64,000 nt of DNA from Bacteroidales bacterium (GCA_029218425.1 JAQXRH010000078.1:7302-71301), one strand, 5' to 3'. Counted from the stretch's first letter, positions 50,839-61,288 are shown. The notes: generated by a model from the sequence alone, not told the origin. A program made the numbers and translations.

Positions 50839-52506
50839 TCAATATGCCGTGTTGTGGACGCCTTTGATGGCGCGGCCCGAGGGGTCGTTCATGTTCTTGA
50901 ACGATTCGTCCCATGCCAAGGCTTCTGCGGTGCTGCACGCTACCGAGGGCACCGAAGGCACGCACTGCGCTGCCGTTTGCGACGGGAACAGCTCTTCGAA
51001 GATGCTGCGATAGAAGTATTCCTCCTTGTTCATGGGCGGGTTGATAGGGAAGCGCATCTTTGCCGATTTCATCATGGCGTCGCTCACCTGTTGCTCGGCC
51101 AGCAGTTTCAACGAATCTATCCAGTTGTAGCCTACGCCGTCGGAGAATTGCTCCTTCTGACGCCACACTATTTCGTGGGGAAGCAGATGCTCGAAGGCTT
51201 TCCTCACCACCCATTTTTCGATGGGGTGCTCCTTGGTTATCATCTTGTCGGCGGGGTTGATACGCATTGCCACGTCGAGAAATTCCTTGTCGAGGAACGG
51301 CACTCGCCCTTCCACGCCCCATGCGCTGAGGCTCTTGTTGGCACGCAAACAGTCGTAGAGATGCAACTTGCTTAGTTTCCTTACTGTCTCTTCGTGGAAA
51401 TCTTTGGCCGACGGCGCTTTGTGGAAGTACAGGTAGCCGCCGAATATCTCGTCGGCGCCTTCGCCCGACAGCACCATCTTGATACCCATCGACTTGATGA
51501 CACGAGCAAGCAGATACATAGGGGTGGAGGCGCGAACGGTGGTGACATCGTAGGTCTCGATATGGTATATCACATCGCGCAACGCGTCGATGCCCTCTTG
51601 CACGGTGTAGTGTATCTCGTGGTGGACGGTACCTATATGGTCGGCCACTTTCTTGGCCGCGACCAAGTCGGGCGCACCTTTCAGTCCTATGGCGAAGGAG
51701 TGCAGACGCGGCCACCATGCCGGCTGCTTCCCATCTTCTTCCACACGGTTGGGCGCAAATTTTGCAGCTATGGCCGAGATAACCGAGGAGTCGAGTCCGC
51801 CGCTGAGCAACACGCCGTAGGGCACGTCCGACATCAACTGTCGCTTCACGGCGTCCTCCAAGGCCTGACGCAACGTGGCAATGTCGGTGGTTGCATCTTT
51901 TACTGCATCGTAGTCGGCCCAGTCGCGCACCCACCAACGGCGCGGCTCGTCGTCGTCGGAGGTCATGACATGTCCCGGCGGGAACGGCATGATAGACGTG
52001 CACACACCCTCCAGCCCTTTCAATTCCGAACAGAAGTAGGTATTTCCCTCATTATCAGTGCCTATATATAGAGGAATGACTCCAATTGGGTCGCGGGCTA
52101 TCATGAAGAAGTCTTTCTCCTTGTCGTAGAGCGCAAAGGCGAAAATACCACTGAGTCGGTCGAGAAAATCCACGCCATATTTCTCGTACAAGGGTATGAT
52201 GGACTCGCAGTCGCTACCGGTAAGGAAATGGTAGGAGTCTTCAAATTGGGCGCGTATCTGCTTGTGGTTGTAGATTTCGCCATTGACAGTGAGGATGATG
52301 CTGCCGTCGGCGTTCTTAAGCGGCTGTCCGCCCGACTGTGGGTCAATAATCGACAGTCGTTCGTGGCTCATTATGGCATTTTCACAGCAATATATTCCAG
52401 ACCAATCGGGACCTCTATGCCTAATTTTTTGCGACATCTTCAATACTTCTTGTCGGCGCTGCTCGGTGCCTACTCCACTACCGAATATTCCTACTATACC
52501 ACACAT
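50839..52506 (-). CDS. asnB: Asparagine synthase B (glutamine-hydrolysing)
   Basis: MCGI, HRGPDW, NGEIYN, LSGGLDSS, SGEGADE. Confidence 0.97.
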   Translation of the reverse strand: MCGIVGIFGSGVGTEQRRQEVLKMSQKIRHRGPDWSGIYCCENAIMSHERLSIIDPQSGGQPLKNADGSIILTVNGEIYNHKQIRAQFEDSYHFLTGSDCESIIPLYEKYGVDFLDRLSGIFAFALYDKEKDFFMIARDPIGVIPLYIGTDNEGNTYFCSELKGLEGVCTSIMPFPPGHVMTSDDDEPRRWWVRDWADYDAVKDATTDIATLRQALEDAVKRQLMSDVPYGVLLSGGLDSSVISAIAAKFAPNRVEEDGKQPAWWPRLHSFAIGLKGAPDLVAAKKVADHIGTVHHEIHYTVQEGIDALRDVIYHIETYDVTTVRASTPMYLLARVIKSMGIKMVLSGEGADEIFGGYLYFHKAPSAKDFHEETVRKLSKLHLYDCLRANKSLSAWGVEGRVPFLDKEFLDVAMRINPADKMITKEHPIEKWVVRKAFEHLLPHEIVWRQKEQFSDGVGYNWIDSLKLLAEQQVSDAMMKSAKMRFPINPPMNKEEYFYRSIFEELFPSQTAAQCVPSVPSVACSTAEALAWDESFKNMNDPSGRAIKGVHNTAY

Positions 52507-52845
52507 AATTATCTTGCGTTATTTCTTAGTTAATAGTAAAATTGATTGTAAAACTGCAACGGCACATTTCCTTTATCTTGCCAAATGCAACGCAAAATTA
52601 CAAACTACTTTACAAATATCCAAAAATTATCGCAAAATAATAGCAAAATGATTTAAATTAGCAAAATTTACTTTACAAAGGAGCATACCGCCAACGCATT
52701 TCCAGCTTCGTGCGCACCGGCACAGATTCGCACTGCGGGCGGTCGATACCGTCCACAAGGGTGCAAGGCATCCGGCAGCCAACTGCTGCACAAATGCCAC
52801 TTCAAGCCATGAAGATAAGGGGACTTATTCGAGGCCGCCGGGGGC

Positions 52846-53328
52846 TTATTCGAGGTCGCGGACGCGCTGCACGAAGTCGAACATGCGTATGGCGGCTTCA
52901 GCTGCTTCGGCGCCTTTGTCGCCCATAGGGCCGCCACAACGGTCGAGGGCATCCTGCTCGGTGTCGACGGTGAGCACACCGAAGATGACGGGGATGTCGC
53001 AATCGGCATTGAGCGACGTAATGCCTTGCGTAACCGACTGGCATACGTAGTCGAAATGGGGCGTGCCGCCTCTCACTACGCATCCAAACACTATCACGAC
53101 GTCATACATCGACGTCTCTATCAATTGCGATGCCGCAAAGGTAAGTTCTACGGCTCCCGGCACTTCATACACGTCGACATTGTCTTTGCCGATGCCTTGG
53201 CGTTGGAATGTAGCGAGCGCGCTGTCTGTAAGGGCGCCGGTGATATGCCCGTTCCATAGGGCTTTTACGATTGCTACTTTGATGTCGGGGGTACTGGGAA
53301 GCGGTGTTACGGGTACTGATGTTGACAT
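52846..53328 (-). CDS. ribH: 6,7-dimethyl-8-ribityllumazine synthase
   Basis: VPGAVEL, GCVVRGGTPHFDYV, PVIFGVLT. Confidence 0.95.
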   Translation of the reverse strand: MSTSVPVTPLPSTPDIKVAIVKALWNGHITGALTDSALATFQRQGIGKDNVDVYEVPGAVELTFAASQLIETSMYDVVIVFGCVVRGGTPHFDYVCQSVTQGITSLNADCDIPVIFGVLTVDTEQDALDRCGGPMGDKGAEAAEAAIRMFDFVQRVRDLE

Positions 53329-53342
53329 TGACGTGATATGTT

Positions 53343-54029
53343 TTAAGTGTTGGAATTAATCTTTTCGATGACGCCGGCGAGGTCGTCGGGGTCGGTCAGG
53401 TGGGTGTAGTGGTCCACATAGTAGTCGAAGTTTTCGCGGCGGGCGCGCTCGGCTTCGTCGTGGTTGAAGAGCGCCACAAGGTCGGCAGGCATGGTGACGA
53501 CGCAATTGGATATCTCCAAATTCTCATATACGTAGGGCATCACTTTGGTGATACGCGGTATACGGTCGTCGGCCACGTCGGGCACGTAGACAACAGTAGC
53601 CTCGTGATCCACGACATTGGTCATGAACGCCCACAACTGGCGGCGTATCCGAGGGTCGATGGCGAAGTATCCGCCAAACACCACGATGTCCTCCTTTTCC
53701 ACGCGGGGCCAGATTATATCGAAGCCTTCGCCGTCATCGGCTATGCCGTACCGCGATTTAGCGCCGTCGAAGCTGAGCACAACAGGGGTTTTGATGGTGT
53801 GACGGTCGGACTTGGCGATGTCAACACCGGCAGCGGTCAGTTTCTCGGCGATTATCTCGCCCACTTTGTCTATGCCGATTTCCGATAGGAAGACTACCTC
53901 TTCGCCGTTGGATGCCAACTCCGACGCCGCCCTGAGCAACACGCCGCCAGGTTGTATCGACGTGGGGTTGCCGTTCCTGAATCCTATCTCAAGCCACGAC
54001 TCTCCTATGACTATTATTTTACCTTTCAT
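53343..54029 (-). CDS. PfkB/ribokinase-like protein lacking the C-terminal catalytic motif
   Basis: IIVIGE, PGG, SEIGIDKVG N-terminal PfkB pattern; no DTxGAGD. Confidence 0.65.
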   Translation of the reverse strand: MKGKIIVIGESWLEIGFRNGNPTSIQPGGVLLRAASELASNGEEVVFLSEIGIDKVGEIIAEKLTAAGVDIAKSDRHTIKTPVVLSFDGAKSRYGIADDGEGFDIIWPRVEKEDIVVFGGYFAIDPRIRRQLWAFMTNVVDHEATVVYVPDVADDRIPRITKVMPYVYENLEISNCVVTMPADLVALFNHDEAERARRENFDYYVDHYTHLTDPDDLAGVIEKINSNT

Positions 54030-54157
54030 TGGTGGTATTGGGTGTGGATGCAATTATTTACGTTGGGAAAGGCCGTGGCCCATATTCAGGATGTCTTCTG
54101 TCATATATTCCGTGATATTTTCCATTGTCCCTTTTAGCCTTTTGCCTTTTCTAAGGG

Positions 54158-54165
54158 CAAAGTTA
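54158..54165 (-). promoter_or_regulatory. -7 promoter box for the pfkB-like/ribH unit
   Basis: aaaattagTAACTTTG on the minus strand. Confidence 0.65.
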
Positions 54166-54349
54166 CTAATTTTTGCAAATACGTTGAAACTATATCACCA
54201 TATTTTCATCCCACCTCGAGCGGCGGGCTTTGTCTTGTTGTCAAAATCGTAAGATTGTCCATCATTTTATACTGTTTATCCATTTTCACCAATGCGCTTC
54301 CTCACTATTTTTGCATCTAATTTTTCAAACCTAACATTCTACATCTCTC

Positions 54350-56374
54350 ATGAAAAAATTGCTTTGCCTGCTGCCGGCGATGCTGGTATCCGTGATGCCT
54401 TTGGCAGCAAGGTCTTATGTGGTCAAGTCGCCCGACAAGGCTTACGAGCTGAAGGTCAATGCCGGAGAGGGCGCCACTTCCTATTCGGTGGATTACAAAG
54501 GTAAAACCATCATCAACTCGTCGGCCATCGGATTGGTGGATGCCGACGGCAGCATCATCGGCGCGGGAACTGTATCCTCGACCAAGAAGTTGTCGCACAA
54601 GGGCTCAATCGACGTCGTGGTAGGCAAAAACGACCGCCTCGCCGACAACTACAACCAATTGGCTATCGTCTACGACAACGGCGACTACACGCTCACTCTG
54701 CGCGCCTACAACGAGGGCGTTGCTTTCCAATGGTCGCTCAACTATAATCGCGACATCACAGTGGCTACCGAACTATTCAATGCCGACTTCGGCGCACGGC
54801 CGGTCAAGGTGTTCTACCCGCAATGCGAAACTCGCAGCTGGCAAGAAAATGACTTGAAACGCCAGCCCCACATCATCAACCAAGCTTACCGCAACTTCGA
54901 ACGCGAATACAAGGTCTACGATAGCATCACTGCCATCCCCGACAGCGCCATTAGCACCACGCCGGCGCTCTTCGCCCTCCCCGACAGCAAGGTCAAAGTA
55001 GCCATCACCGAGGCCAATGTCTACGACTACCCGGGGCTATACCTGCAGCCGGCCGGTGGCGAAACGGTCAAAGGCCACTGGGCGGCTTTCCCGAAGTCGG
55101 TGCTCGACAGCGACTCCACCAATGGCAAGCAATATTACTCGATGCACCTGGTAGAGACGCGCGAGGATTTCATCGCTCGCATTAACGGCACAAGGTCGTT
55201 GCCGTGGCGTATTGTAATCGCCGCCGACCGCGACATCGACCTGCTCAACAACGAAATCGTCTACCTCCTCGCCGACCCGTGCGAAATCGAGGATACTTCG
55301 TGGATAAAGCCGGGGGCAAGTGCCTGGGAATGGTGGCACAAAGGCATGATTGAAGGTGTCGACTGCCCCGTAGGCCTATCCAATCTGTCGTTCGATTTTT
55401 ACAAGCATTATGTCGACTGGGCCGCGAAGAACGGCATTCCGTACATGACGTTAGACGCTGGTTGGTCGGAAAGCTACCTTGCCCGGCTGTGTGAATATGC
55501 CAAGAACAAGGGGGTGGGCATATTCGTATGGACCTGGGCAAGCTGCCCGCTCGAGGCGCCCTACGACTGGATTAAGAAAATGAAAAGCATGGGGGTCAGC
55601 GGCTTGAAAATCGACTTCTTCGAGCGCAACGACCAGATAGCCATGCGTTGGCAACGCCAGCTCGCTCGACGGGCTGCCGACGAGAAGATGTTGGTTCTTT
55701 TCCACGGCTGCCCCGTTCCCTCCGGACTCGGCCGCACTTTCCCCAACGTGCTCGGCTACGAGGCCAACCGCGGGCAGGAGTGCAATTTCTGGGACCACAC
55801 TATCTCTACGCGGCACCACTGTACTTTCCCCTTCATACGTTTGCTGGTCGGACCCACCGACTTCACTCCCGGTTCGCTGCGGCAGGTCACTGAAGCCGAG
55901 TTCCGCCCCCGCGACATCAAGGACACCCCGCCAATGTCGCGCGGCACTGTAGCCCAGGAGATGGCGCTGTTTGTGGTCCTCGACCAATGGATTGCCACGA
56001 TTTGCGACTCTCCGTCGGAATATGCCAAATACCCCGAACTGGAACGCTTCGTCTCCTCTGTCCCGGTCACATGGAACGAGACGCATCCTATCGACGGCGA
56101 AGTTGGCGAATTTATCATCACCGCAAAACGTAAAGCCGACCAATGGTACATCGGCGCGATGACCTCCGAAAAAGCCCGCGATTGCCGCGTGGTTCTCGAC
56201 TTCCTTAAGAAAGGCACAACCTACGACGTGGAAATCATAGCCGACAGCGCCGACTCTGAAGCCTATCCCCGCCATTACGACATCATACGCTCCGCCGTCA
56301 AACATGGCGACACTCTCAATCTTTCGCTCGTTGCCGGCGGCGGCGCCGTGGTCAAACTGACTCCCCGTAAATAG
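54350..56374 (+). CDS. Glycoside hydrolase family 97, probably retaining type
   Basis: RAYNEGVAF, LPWR, SWIKPG, LDAGW, KIDF, FHG, GPTDFTPG. Confidence 0.92.
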   Translation: MKKLLCLLPAMLVSVMPLAARSYVVKSPDKAYELKVNAGEGATSYSVDYKGKTIINSSAIGLVDADGSIIGAGTVSSTKKLSHKGSIDVVVGKNDRLADNYNQLAIVYDNGDYTLTLRAYNEGVAFQWSLNYNRDITVATELFNADFGARPVKVFYPQCETRSWQENDLKRQPHIINQAYRNFEREYKVYDSITAIPDSAISTTPALFALPDSKVKVAITEANVYDYPGLYLQPAGGETVKGHWAAFPKSVLDSDSTNGKQYYSMHLVETREDFIARINGTRSLPWRIVIAADRDIDLLNNEIVYLLADPCEIEDTSWIKPGASAWEWWHKGMIEGVDCPVGLSNLSFDFYKHYVDWAAKNGIPYMTLDAGWSESYLARLCEYAKNKGVGIFVWTWASCPLEAPYDWIKKMKSMGVSGLKIDFFERNDQIAMRWQRQLARRAADEKMLVLFHGCPVPSGLGRTFPNVLGYEANRGQECNFWDHTISTRHHCTFPFIRLLVGPTDFTPGSLRQVTEAEFRPRDIKDTPPMSRGTVAQEMALFVVLDQWIATICDSPSEYAKYPELERFVSSVPVTWNETHPIDGEVGEFIITAKRKADQWYIGAMTSEKARDCRVVLDFLKKGTTYDVEIIADSADSEAYPRHYDIIRSAVKHGDTLNLSLVAGGGAVVKLTPRK

Positions 56375-56396
56375 CTAAGCAAAACCCTACAAAAGC

Positions 56397-56441
56397 CATC
56401 GAGCCTCCGCCGCTCCTCCATGAAGCGCCGTAGGCTCGATG
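56397..56441. terminator. Bidirectional terminator between GH97 and ald
   Basis: catcgagcct...aggctcgatg flanked by A and T runs. Confidence 0.7.
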
Positions 56442-56469
56442 CATTTTATACCCCGTCAATTCTCGACGT

Positions 56470-57579
56470 TTAATCCAACTCGAGCGGCGTATACTCCATG
56501 CCCCACGCTTCAGCTACTGCCTTGAAGGTGATAGCGCCGTCTACTATATTGACTCCTTCTGCAAGCCCTTTATCGGCCTTGCACGCTTCGCGCCAACCCA
56601 TGTCGGCGAGTCGCAACGCATAGGGCAACGTCGCGTTGGTCAACGCCATTGTCGACGTGTAGGGCACTGCCCCGGGTATGTTGGCCACTGCATAATGGAT
56701 GATTCCTTCTACCTCGTAGACTGGATCGGAGTGGGTGGTAGCATGCGAGGTCTCAAAGCACCCTCCCTGGTCGATTGCCACATCCACCACCACCGAACCT
56801 TTGCGCATCAGTGGCAACATATCGGCGGTAAGCAATTTCGGCGTCTTCGCTCCCGGTATCAGCACCGAACCAATCACCAAATCGGTAGTGGGCAATTCCT
56901 GCTCAATATTGTGGCGCGAGGAGAAGAGTGTCTTGACATTCTTAGGCATCACTTCCGACAGGTGGCGCAACGTGGGCAACGAAATGTCGGTAATGGTGAC
57001 ATCGGCGCCCAATCCGGCCGCCATCAATGCCGCATTGCGTCCCACTACGCCGCCGCCCAGCACCAACACTTTAGCGGGCTTTACTCCCGGCACTCCGCCA
57101 AGTAGCACTCCCCGGCCGCCCTGCGGCTTCTCAAGGAATCGACACCCTTCCTGCACCGACATGCGCCCTGCAACTTCGCTCATGGGTATCAACAGCGGCA
57201 AACCGCCTTGGCTCCCCTTCACTGTCTCGTAGGCTATACATGTGGCGCCCGATGCTATCATGGCTTCGGTAAGCTCCCGGTCGCTCGCAAAATGAAAATA
57301 AGTGAATATCACCTGACCGCGCTTCACCAGCTTGTATTCCGGCTCTATCGGTTCTTTCACTTTCACTATCATCCCGGCGATAGCATACGTCGACTCTATG
57401 TCGGGCAATATCTCAGCTCCGGCCTTGATATACTCTTCGTCGGCAAATCCGGAGCCTTCGCCGGCGCTCTGCTGCACGTACACACTATGGCCGTGCTTTA
57501 CTAATTCATTGACTCCCGATGGCGTCATGCCCACTCGGTTTTCATTGTTCTTAATCTCTTTGGGAATACCGATAATCAT
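56470..57579 (-). CDS. ald: Alanine dehydrogenase
   Basis: PKEIKNNENRV, KVKEP, PMSEVAGR, GGGVVG, DVAIDQGG. Confidence 0.97.
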   Translation of the reverse strand: MIIGIPKEIKNNENRVGMTPSGVNELVKHGHSVYVQQSAGEGSGFADEEYIKAGAEILPDIESTYAIAGMIVKVKEPIEPEYKLVKRGQVIFTYFHFASDRELTEAMIASGATCIAYETVKGSQGGLPLLIPMSEVAGRMSVQEGCRFLEKPQGGRGVLLGGVPGVKPAKVLVLGGGVVGRNAALMAAGLGADVTITDISLPTLRHLSEVMPKNVKTLFSSRHNIEQELPTTDLVIGSVLIPGAKTPKLLTADMLPLMRKGSVVVDVAIDQGGCFETSHATTHSDPVYEVEGIIHYAVANIPGAVPYTSTMALTNATLPYALRLADMGWREACKADKGLAEGVNIVDGAITFKAVAEAWGMEYTPLELD

Positions 57580-57758
57580 GGGAAAAGAAATTTAAGGCGT
57601 ACGACAATATGTGAATTATTCCATATCCCCAAATTTACACTAAAATCGCAATTTTGCAAACTCTATTCCCCGATTTTTTTGCATTTTTTTTGCCGAGCAT
57701 TTTTCGCCAGAGCCGCCTAAATCTGAGCCGGCGTCGACTGGCTATTTGCCGGCCAGGC

Positions 57759-58556
57759 CTATTTGCCACTACGGCGATGAAGATATGTGTGCACGCAGCC
57801 CACGAATAGCGCGCCGCCTATGATATTGCCTATCGTCGCCGGGATGAGATTGTTGGTAAGGCACGTGTCTACGCTCAACCTCGCGCCCTCCATCATTGCC
57901 AACGGCAAGTAAAACATATTGGCTATGGAGTGCTCATAGCCCAATGCCACAAAGGCCATCACCGGCAACCAGCAACCCAATGCCTTTTCCACTAACGTAT
58001 GGCCCGACAGAGCAAGCCACACCGCCAAGCACACCAACCAATTGGCTCCCATGCCTTTGACCATGACCACTGTCCATGCCATCGATGTCTTTGCCTCCCC
58101 TATCCCTATTATCGCGCTATGGTAGGGCTCTCCCGATGTTAGCCCGGCATAGTAGACGAACAGCCATGTGAACCCTACGGCGCCTATAAAGTTGCCTATG
58201 TACACTATCGACCAATTCCTCACTACTGCCGACAACGGATAGTCCCGCTTCATATATCCGGGCATGAGCAACGCATTGTTGCCGGTGAAAAGGTCCACGC
58301 CAAGCACCACCACCAGGATAAGCCCGATAGGGAACATCGCCCCGCTCAACAATCTCTGCAACGACGGATTGCCTGCCGTCAGCTCCGGGAAACCATATCC
58401 CACTATCAACGACAATATACCTCCTATCGCGATAAATGCCCCGGCAAGTATCGACGACACTATCAACGACAATGGCCTACGCAGCGTGCGGGCCACTTTG
58501 GCTTTGCCGGCGGCTATCGCGGCTTCGGTAATCTCTTCTGGGGTCTTTATCTGCAT
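57759..58556 (-). CDS. Formate/nitrite transporter family
   Basis: LFTGN, GNFIG, NWLVCLA, EHSIANM, GNIIGG. Confidence 0.93.
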   Translation of the reverse strand: MQIKTPEEITEAAIAAGKAKVARTLRRPLSLIVSSILAGAFIAIGGILSLIVGYGFPELTAGNPSLQRLLSGAMFPIGLILVVVLGVDLFTGNNALLMPGYMKRDYPLSAVVRNWSIVYIGNFIGAVGFTWLFVYYAGLTSGEPYHSAIIGIGEAKTSMAWTVVMVKGMGANWLVCLAVWLALSGHTLVEKALGCWLPVMAFVALGYEHSIANMFYLPLAMMEGARLSVDTCLTNNLIPATIGNIIGGALFVGCVHTYLHRRSGK

Positions 58557-58584
58557 TTCTGTTTCTTGGTTTTTATCGGGTTGC

Positions 58585-59070
58585 TTAATTTCGGCTCACG
58601 AATATGGTATCGACCGTCTGGCGAACGTTGTACGGCGTTCCCGACACCCGTGCTCGTTTCGACCCGACATAATAGAATGACTGCTGGGTGTCCCACGAGG
58701 GATATTCGACACGCCGGGTGCTACCCGACGGTATTTCGGCTTCAATGCGGCGGGTCGACTGGTGGAATTGGCGCCCCTTGCCGTCGACATACTGCGTCGT
58801 TATCGTCAAGGATTGGATATCGTAATCGGTGTTGTTGCTCACGAACACTGTCTCGCGGCGGCTCCTCAGCGGTTTGTCGTAGCCGTAGAGCTTCACCTGC
58901 GCGCTGTCGGGTATCACTACCGAATCCGCCTTTTCTATTGCTTGCTGCTCTACAGTGGCTGCCCGGCCGTTGACATTGGCCCGGATTGTGCGCTGCTTGC
59001 GCGCCGTCAGCTCTATCGACGCCGTCAACACCAATACTACAACCAACAGTATGCCATACTTCTGTCTCAT
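58585..59070 (-). CDS. Hypothetical exported protein
   Basis: Signal peptide; overlaps the upstream stop; operon context. Confidence 0.7.
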   Translation of the reverse strand: MRQKYGILLVVVLVLTASIELTARKQRTIRANVNGRAATVEQQAIEKADSVVIPDSAQVKLYGYDKPLRSRRETVFVSNNTDYDIQSLTITTQYVDGKGRQFHQSTRRIEAEIPSGSTRRVEYPSWDTQQSFYYVGSKRARVSGTPYNVRQTVDTIFVSRN

Positions 59071-59669
59071 AGGTAACGCGTGGTTAGGGGTGAATCTTTC
59101 GCTTCGGGATACACTCTCACCGCGCCGTCAAGATTGTCGGGACGGTTGTTGACTCTTACCACCGACATCCTGAACATATAAGGCAGAAACCGCCACAAGT
59201 TTACTTTCAGTTTGTTGGTGATGGGCTCCATTATCAAGCGGCCGTCGTCTGAAAGCGTCAGCGTGAAACGCTTCGGCTTCGACAATATCCCGGAAGTCGA
59301 CTCTGTGGTATATATCCGCGCATCATAACTGTTATTGCGCCCTAAGGCCGTGCACACTCCCATCACCGTGCCGGGCAATATGTTGCGGTCGGGGCTTTCG
59401 AGCACTATTATCCGATGGAATATCGTGCCGCTGTCGGCCACGATTGCCATCATCCCTTCGCTCCCCGACGTGCGCCATACCCCTTCTATCGACGTCAACC
59501 CCCGCCCCTCTAAGTAGGCATCGGCGTTGATGACATTGATATCTTCGCGCTCGCCTGACACCGACTCAAGATACTTCTCAAGCTCATCGGGTGCCGCGCT
59601 TATCGGCTCTGCCTTAAGCATCGTTGCTATCGCTATGACTATCAGTACGATTCGCTTCAGCATTGTCAT
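59067..59669 (-). CDS. Hypothetical exported protein
   Basis: Signal peptide; IEGVW motif; operon context. Confidence 0.7.
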   Translation of the reverse strand: MTMLKRIVLIVIAIATMLKAEPISAAPDELEKYLESVSGEREDINVINADAYLEGRGLTSIEGVWRTSGSEGMMAIVADSGTIFHRIIVLESPDRNILPGTVMGVCTALGRNNSYDARIYTTESTSGILSKPKRFTLTLSDDGRLIMEPITNKLKVNLWRFLPYMFRMSVVRVNNRPDNLDGAVRVYPEAKDSPLTTRYL

Positions 59670-59677
59670 CCAATCAC

Positions 59678-61090
59678 TTACAACCGCCCAAACTTATATG
59701 TAAAACCGAAGCTCAACACCTCGCGCAACTGCCACTTATGCCACTTGGTGTCGTCGCGACGCCCGGTCATGGAGTCGTAGCGCAAATGGGCATAAATCTG
59801 CGTCGACAGGAATCGGTTGATGCCAAACGACAACGTATTCTCCCAGTCGCCTTGCACATATTCGTAGTTGGTGAACGCCGTCAGGCGGGAATAGAGTTTT
59901 ATATTATACGCTATGTTCCACGTCATGTTACAGTCGATATTGCTACCATACTGGCTCTTGGTGACATGCCCTTCTTCGATGCCAAATATTCTCTCGTCCA
60001 TCTTGTCGTTGGTGCATATCTTCAAGTTGTAGGACAACGGGGCTACGGAGGCGTTGGCCTTAAACTTCCCCGACTTGCTCGCATAATTGTAGGTCATACC
60101 AAGACCCACGTTCAATTCGCCCGGCGACAAGAACGATGCCGCCAATGTCTCGGTATTCTTGTGATAGTTATTGAGCAGCTGGGTCTTAAACTGCAGCGTG
60201 GCAGAATAATACCACCGCTTGGCCGCTTTCACACCAAATTTGCTGTTTACCTGGAATATGTCCTCCGATATGCTATAATTGCGCAAGGAGTCGTCGGGTG
60301 CGCTGTTCAACCCCAATTTGTACTGTATAGTATTCTCAAACAGCAAGTTGGGATGGAACGCTTGGTTCAGGCGCACGTTGTACACGCCTTGGATTATCAT
60401 ATTCAAGTTGTTGTTGCCTCCTTGATACCAGTTGGGCGAGTTATACGTCTGCGAGAACTGCAACCACACATCAAACTGCTGCAACCAATGCATCTTTTTC
60501 ACCTGGAGCGCATCTACGGTGCCTTTCACTTTCGACTGGTCAACCGCTATCTCTTCGACGGTGATGCGCGCGGTGGTCGGGTCCACAAAGGCACGGAAGC
60601 GCTTCGGCGCCTCGGGCAACGTGTTGATATTGTATTTCACCTTGCTGAGGTTGTCTATCATATAGCGCTGCTTCATCCGCTGATAACGCTCGAATGTAAT
60701 CTTGCGGTCGTTAGCCCAGTCTATCGCACTCGGCGCCGTCTTTGCCTTAGCCTTTATCTGGCTACTGTCGCCCGACAGCTTGATGTTATATTCGTCATAC
60801 ACCATCGGCAAATAAAACGTCATCGGAAGCATGCGGTCGCTCACATCTATCGTCGTGTCTATCTTCAACTTTCTCTCCGCATTGGCGATGCTGTCCATGT
60901 CGAAATAATCAACCCACTCATCATCGCCCACAGGCTCCGGCTCACGTAGCGAAGCATCCTCCGCGACCGTCTCCTCCAGCCATCGGCCGTTGACAAATCG
61001 ATATTTCTTTGTCACCTGCCCGCTCATGCTCTCCGTCATGGCTATCAGCACTATCAGCAGGCAATATAATCGCGTTAACATAGTCTTCAT
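59678..61090 (-). CDS. DUF3078-family outer-membrane protein
   Basis: NWYQGG, FKTQL, FLSPG, APLS, terminal FGFTYKF. Confidence 0.8.
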   Translation of the reverse strand: MKTMLTRLYCLLIVLIAMTESMSGQVTKKYRFVNGRWLEETVAEDASLREPEPVGDDEWVDYFDMDSIANAERKLKIDTTIDVSDRMLPMTFYLPMVYDEYNIKLSGDSSQIKAKAKTAPSAIDWANDRKITFERYQRMKQRYMIDNLSKVKYNINTLPEAPKRFRAFVDPTTARITVEEIAVDQSKVKGTVDALQVKKMHWLQQFDVWLQFSQTYNSPNWYQGGNNNLNMIIQGVYNVRLNQAFHPNLLFENTIQYKLGLNSAPDDSLRNYSISEDIFQVNSKFGVKAAKRWYYSATLQFKTQLLNNYHKNTETLAASFLSPGELNVGLGMTYNYASKSGKFKANASVAPLSYNLKICTNDKMDERIFGIEEGHVTKSQYGSNIDCNMTWNIAYNIKLYSRLTAFTNYEYVQGDWENTLSFGINRFLSTQIYAHLRYDSMTGRRDDTKWHKWQLREVLSFGFTYKFGRL

Positions 61091-61198
61091 TTTCCTATCT
61101 GCTTGCTTTATGTGTAAAACAATCTTTTTTATTCCAACCTTCTTCTTTGGTTGACGCGAAATTTTTTCACAAAGATAGTAAATAATATGGAATTTTCG

Positions 61199-61206
61199 TA
61201 ACTTTG
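61199..61206 (+). promoter_or_regulatory. -7 promoter box upstream of pheS
   Basis: TAACTTTG; divergent box at 61170-61177 serves the DUF3078 gene. Confidence 0.6.
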
Positions 61207-61288
61207 CAAATCTTTATTAAAGACTCGGACTCGCCTCGTTTTTTTGGCTCATTGTCCGTTTTATTGCAACCGTTAAAACTTTTTTCTG

